24,000 nucleotides of DNA from an uncultured Acidobacteriota bacterium. GTDB lineage: Bacteria > Acidobacteriota > Thermoanaerobaculia > Thermoanaerobaculales > Sulfomarinibacteraceae. The stretch lies in contig CAVQPK010000005.1 of NCBI GenBank assembly GCA_963714745.1, positions 153,338 through 177,337 of the forward strand, written 5' to 3'. The position numbers and the translations under genes are program-made. Below the pieces are notes generated by a model, which was given only the letters and a program-made list of their open reading frames with translations, had not been told where the DNA came from and ran no database searches. Positions 22,299-24,000 of the stretch are shown here, one piece after another (within the stretch, counting starts at the first letter, position 1; every line of letters begins with the position of its first letter).

Positions 22299-23423
22299 CT
22301 AGCGGTCGATCTCGCCGAGCACGATGTCGAGGGTGCCGATCACCGCGACCAGGTCGGCCACGAGGTGGCCCTTGACCATGTCCGGCAGCGCCTGAAGGTT
22401 GATGAACGAGGGCGGCCGCACGTGGCACCGGTAGGGCTCGGTCGCCTTGTCGGTGGTCACCAGGAAGTAGCCCAATTCGCCCTTCGGCGCCTCGACCGCC
22501 CCGTAGACCATGCCCTCCTGAGCCCTGAGGACCTTCGGCGCCCGGGCCATGACCGGACCGTCGGGCAGCCGGTCGAGGCACTGGCGGACGATCCTCGTGG
22601 ACTGCCGCATCTCCTCGATCCGAACCAGGTAGCGATCGTAGGTGTCGCCGTTGGTGCCGATCGGCACCTCGAAGTCGATCTCGTCGTAGCGGTCGTAGGG
22701 AAACACCTTGCGGATGTCCCACCTGATCCCGGAGCCGCGCAGCGGCGGTCCGGTCAGACCCCAGTCGACGGCGTCCTCGGCCGACACCACCCCGATGCCG
22801 ATCGTGCGGCGCTTCCAGATCCGGTTTTCGGTCAGCAGGGTCTCGTACTCGTCGATGTGGGCGGGGTAGGCGTCGATGAAGGCCGAGCAGCGCTCGAACC
22901 AGCCGTCGGGCAGCTCGAACGGCACGCCGCCGATCTTCATCGTATTCAGGGTCAGCCGTGCGCCGCAGTAGTCCTCGAACAGGTCGAGGATCGCGTCGCG
23001 CTCGCGGAAGGTGTAGAAAAAGGGCGTGATCGCTCCCAGGTCGATGGCGTGGGTGGCGAGCCATACCAGGTGCGAGGCGATCCGCTGCAGCTCCGCCAGG
23101 ATCATGCGGATGTACGCCGCCCGCGGCGGCACCGTGATCCCGAGCAGCTTCTCCATCGCGACGCAGAAGCCCTGGTTGTTGGTCGCCGCGGCGACGTAGT
23201 CGAGCCGGTCCGTGTGCGGGATGCACTGGGGAAACGGCATGGTCTCGAAGAGCTTCTCGGAGCCGCGATGGAGGTAGCCGATGATCGGCTTGGCGTCGAG
23301 GATCTTCTCGCCGTCGAGCTTGAGCATCACCCGCAGCACGCCGTGGGTCGAGGGGTGCTGGGGCCCGAAGGAGAGCTCCATCTCGTCCGAGTCGAACAGC
23401 GGTTGCAGGGGTCCGCCGATCAT
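22299..23423 (-). CDS. nuoD: NADH-quinone oxidoreductase subunit D
   Basis: ATG 23423 (ATGA overlap with the nuoC stop). MELSFGPQHPSTHGVLRVMLKLDGE, GYLHRGSEKL, RLDYVAAATNN, EAPKGELGYFLV and the C-terminal TLDIVLGEIDR. 374 aa, uninterrupted. The upstream 76 codons of track ORF 22299..23651 are rejected. Confidence 0.93.
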   Translation of the reverse strand: MIGGPLQPLFDSDEMELSFGPQHPSTHGVLRVMLKLDGEKILDAKPIIGYLHRGSEKLFETMPFPQCIPHTDRLDYVAAATNNQGFCVAMEKLLGITVPPRAAYIRMILAELQRIASHLVWLATHAIDLGAITPFFYTFRERDAILDLFEDYCGARLTLNTMKIGGVPFELPDGWFERCSAFIDAYPAHIDEYETLLTENRIWKRRTIGIGVVSAEDAVDWGLTGPPLRGSGIRWDIRKVFPYDRYDEIDFEVPIGTNGDTYDRYLVRIEEMRQSTRIVRQCLDRLPDGPVMARAPKVLRAQEGMVYGAVEAPKGELGYFLVTTDKATEPYRCHVRPPSFINLQALPDMVKGHLVADLVAVIGTLDIVLGEIDR

Positions 23424-24000
23424 GCTTCGTCCCCTCCTTCGGCCGGCTCGACGACCGGGCCTCCGCCTGGCGGGTAGACGTCGGGGTAGATCGCCGCTCC
23501 GGTGTCGATGCCCTCGACCGGAAAGTCCTTGCGCAGCGGATGGCCGTTGAAGCCCTCCCAGGTCAGGATCCGCTCCAGGTTGGGATGGCCGGCGAAGGTG
23601 ATCCCGAACATGTCGAAGACCTCGCGCTCCATCCAGTTGGCGGTGCGCCACACGCCGGCCACCGAGGCCACCGTCTCGCCCTCGCCGACCGCGGCCACCA
23701 CCCGCAGCCGCTTGGAGTCCGAGAAGCGGTGCATCCAGTAGACGACGTCGAAGCGGCCCGCCTCGCGCTCCGGCCAGTCGACCGCGGTCAGATCGACCAG
23801 GAAGGTGAAGTCGCGCTCCCCTTTGAGGTGGGTGCAGACATCCAGGACCCTCTCGCGAGGCACGGTCACGGTCACGTCGCCGGCGAAGCGGTCGGCTGCG
23901 AGCACCGAACCCGGCATCGCCTCGCCAAGCGCCGTGACGTCGCCGTCACCGGTCGCCTCCTCGTGTGCTGGCGGCTGCGGTTTCTCCTCCCACGGCGGCT
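23420..24000 (-). CDS. nuoC: NADH-quinone oxidoreductase subunit C (probably 5'-partial at window edge; alternative start ATG 23917)
   Basis: FLVDLTAVDWPERE ... VVYWMHRFSDSKRLRV ... WRTANWMEREVFDMFGITFAGHPNLERILT. The frame stays open from 23917 to 24000 (PPWEEKPQPPAHEEATGDGDVTALGEA-M) with no in-frame ATG/GTG/TTG. The segment ALGEAMPGSVL aligns with the usual NuoC N-terminal helix, so the true start likely lies beyond position 24000. Confidence 0.85.
   Translation of the reverse strand, partial: PPWEEKPQPPAHEEATGDGDVTALGEAMPGSVLAADRFAGDVTVTVPRERVLDVCTHLKGERDFTFLVDLTAVDWPEREAGRFDVVYWMHRFSDSKRLRVVAAVGEGETVASVAGVWRTANWMEREVFDMFGITFAGHPNLERILTWEGFNGHPLRKDFPVEGIDTGAAIYPDVYPPGGGPVVEPAEGGDEA

Overview
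GC-rich (by eye roughly 70% G+C), densely coding bacterial chromosomal window with strong GGAGG-type ribosome-binding sites. I found no rRNA, tRNA, CRISPR array, transposase or integrase. Left part: purF (minus strand, 3' end cut by the window edge). It is followed on the plus strand by a long-chain acyl-CoA synthetase (fadD-like), two tandem ArsA/Get3-family P-loop ATPases and an FHA-GGDEF protein. Next comes a large orphan HerA/FtsK-superfamily ATPase with a coiled-coil tail (minus), divergent from a Kbp/YgaU-type BON-LysM protein (plus). The right 14 kb is one uninterrupted minus-strand block: nuoC-D-H-I-J-K-L-M-N (no nuoEFG between D and H) -> atpZ-atpI-atpB-atpE -> Cys-less thioredoxin-fold protein -> M23 peptidase -> GHMP-family kinase, with many short start/stop overlaps. 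Three signals remain unexplained. (1) A T-free, C/A-rich repeat with CACCA pentamers at 8-nt period sits just after the stop codon of all four convergently terminating genes, giving two pairs of exact 18-bp inverted repeats. (2) Twelve reading-frame breaks occur in five otherwise well conserved genes (fadD-like, second ArsA-like, nuoH, nuoL, nuoM). Each is a net +1 base, which looks more like insertion-biased consensus error than gene decay. (3) The HerA-like ATPase is uncharacterised. I do not see a convincing novel multi-gene system (no defence, secretion or biosynthetic cluster signature). All functional calls rest on motif recognition by eye and manual translation, not on database searches.
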